Source: Macrostomum lignano (Eukaryota). From it: a DNA stretch of 64,000 nucleotides. The notes below the pieces were generated by a model that was given only the letters and a program-made list of their open reading frames with translations, made no database searches and was not told the origin of the DNA. How positions within the stretch are numbered: the stretch's first letter is position 1; the number at the start of each line of letters is the position of its first letter. Below are positions 63,701-64,000 of this stretch, in pieces. The stretch spans positions 124,001 through 188,000 of the forward strand of contig NIVC01001967.1 in the NCBI GenBank assembly GCA_002269645.1, read 5' to 3'. Position numbers and translations under genes: made by a program.

Positions 63701-64000
63701 TTCTTTTATGGTTGACATGATGATTCTTTTGTCGCTTTTTCTTGTGTTGAGTTTTCTTCTGTTTAAAGTAGCATTTATTAAAAACTTACAGTGGTTTACC
63801 ATCACTTTAGCAATGGTTTACCATCACTTTAGCGATGGTTCACCAGCAATTTAGCAATGGTTCACCAGCAGTTTAGCAATGGTTCACCGGCACTGTTCCG
63901 CAAAATCTGGGAGCAGATGGCTACTGATCTCCATATGCTTCTCAATAATCGAAACCATTTGAAATGTTTGCAACTTGCAGTTTAAAATTGATTTGCAATT
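60701..64000 (-). mobile_element. Helitron-like element H5 (copy of H4, runs off the window)
   Basis: 3' CTAG at 60701 abutting the H4 5' TC; 60701-61230 nearly identical to 56584-57110; expanded 30-mer array 61235-62170. Confidence 0.78.

Overview
Eukaryotic (invertebrate animal) genomic DNA with AT-rich introns and intergenic sequence. The NPY-type receptor and small GT-AG introns are compatible with a flatworm or other lophotrochozoan, but this cannot be proven from the window. Host genes: (1) three tandem, intronless, minus-strand cytochrome-b5-fused membrane desaturases (303-1625; 5425-6866, frameshifted; 12680-14110). They resemble the fungal/plant Delta8-sphingolipid/Delta6 family and carry an atypical HIEHH third histidine box. 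(2) A 5-exon AMPK beta subunit (19774-24261, minus). (3) A 2-exon medium-chain acyl-CoA dehydrogenase (33357-35226). (4) A 2-exon NPY/NPF-type GPCR (41165-44135). The remainder is rich in mobile DNA: two mariners (one nearly intact, with TIRs and TA TSD), and Gypsy, Tc1, RTE and Crypton-type remnants, MITE-like palindromes and minisatellites. From 48.1 kb to the window end lies a nest of head-to-tail non-autonomous Helitron-like elements, each carrying internal satellite arrays and most carrying a tRNA-like cassette. Best candidates for novelty: the desaturase triplet (non-canonical His box, gene-conversion mosaic with one protected divergent block) and the Helitron/tRNA-like/satellite composite system.
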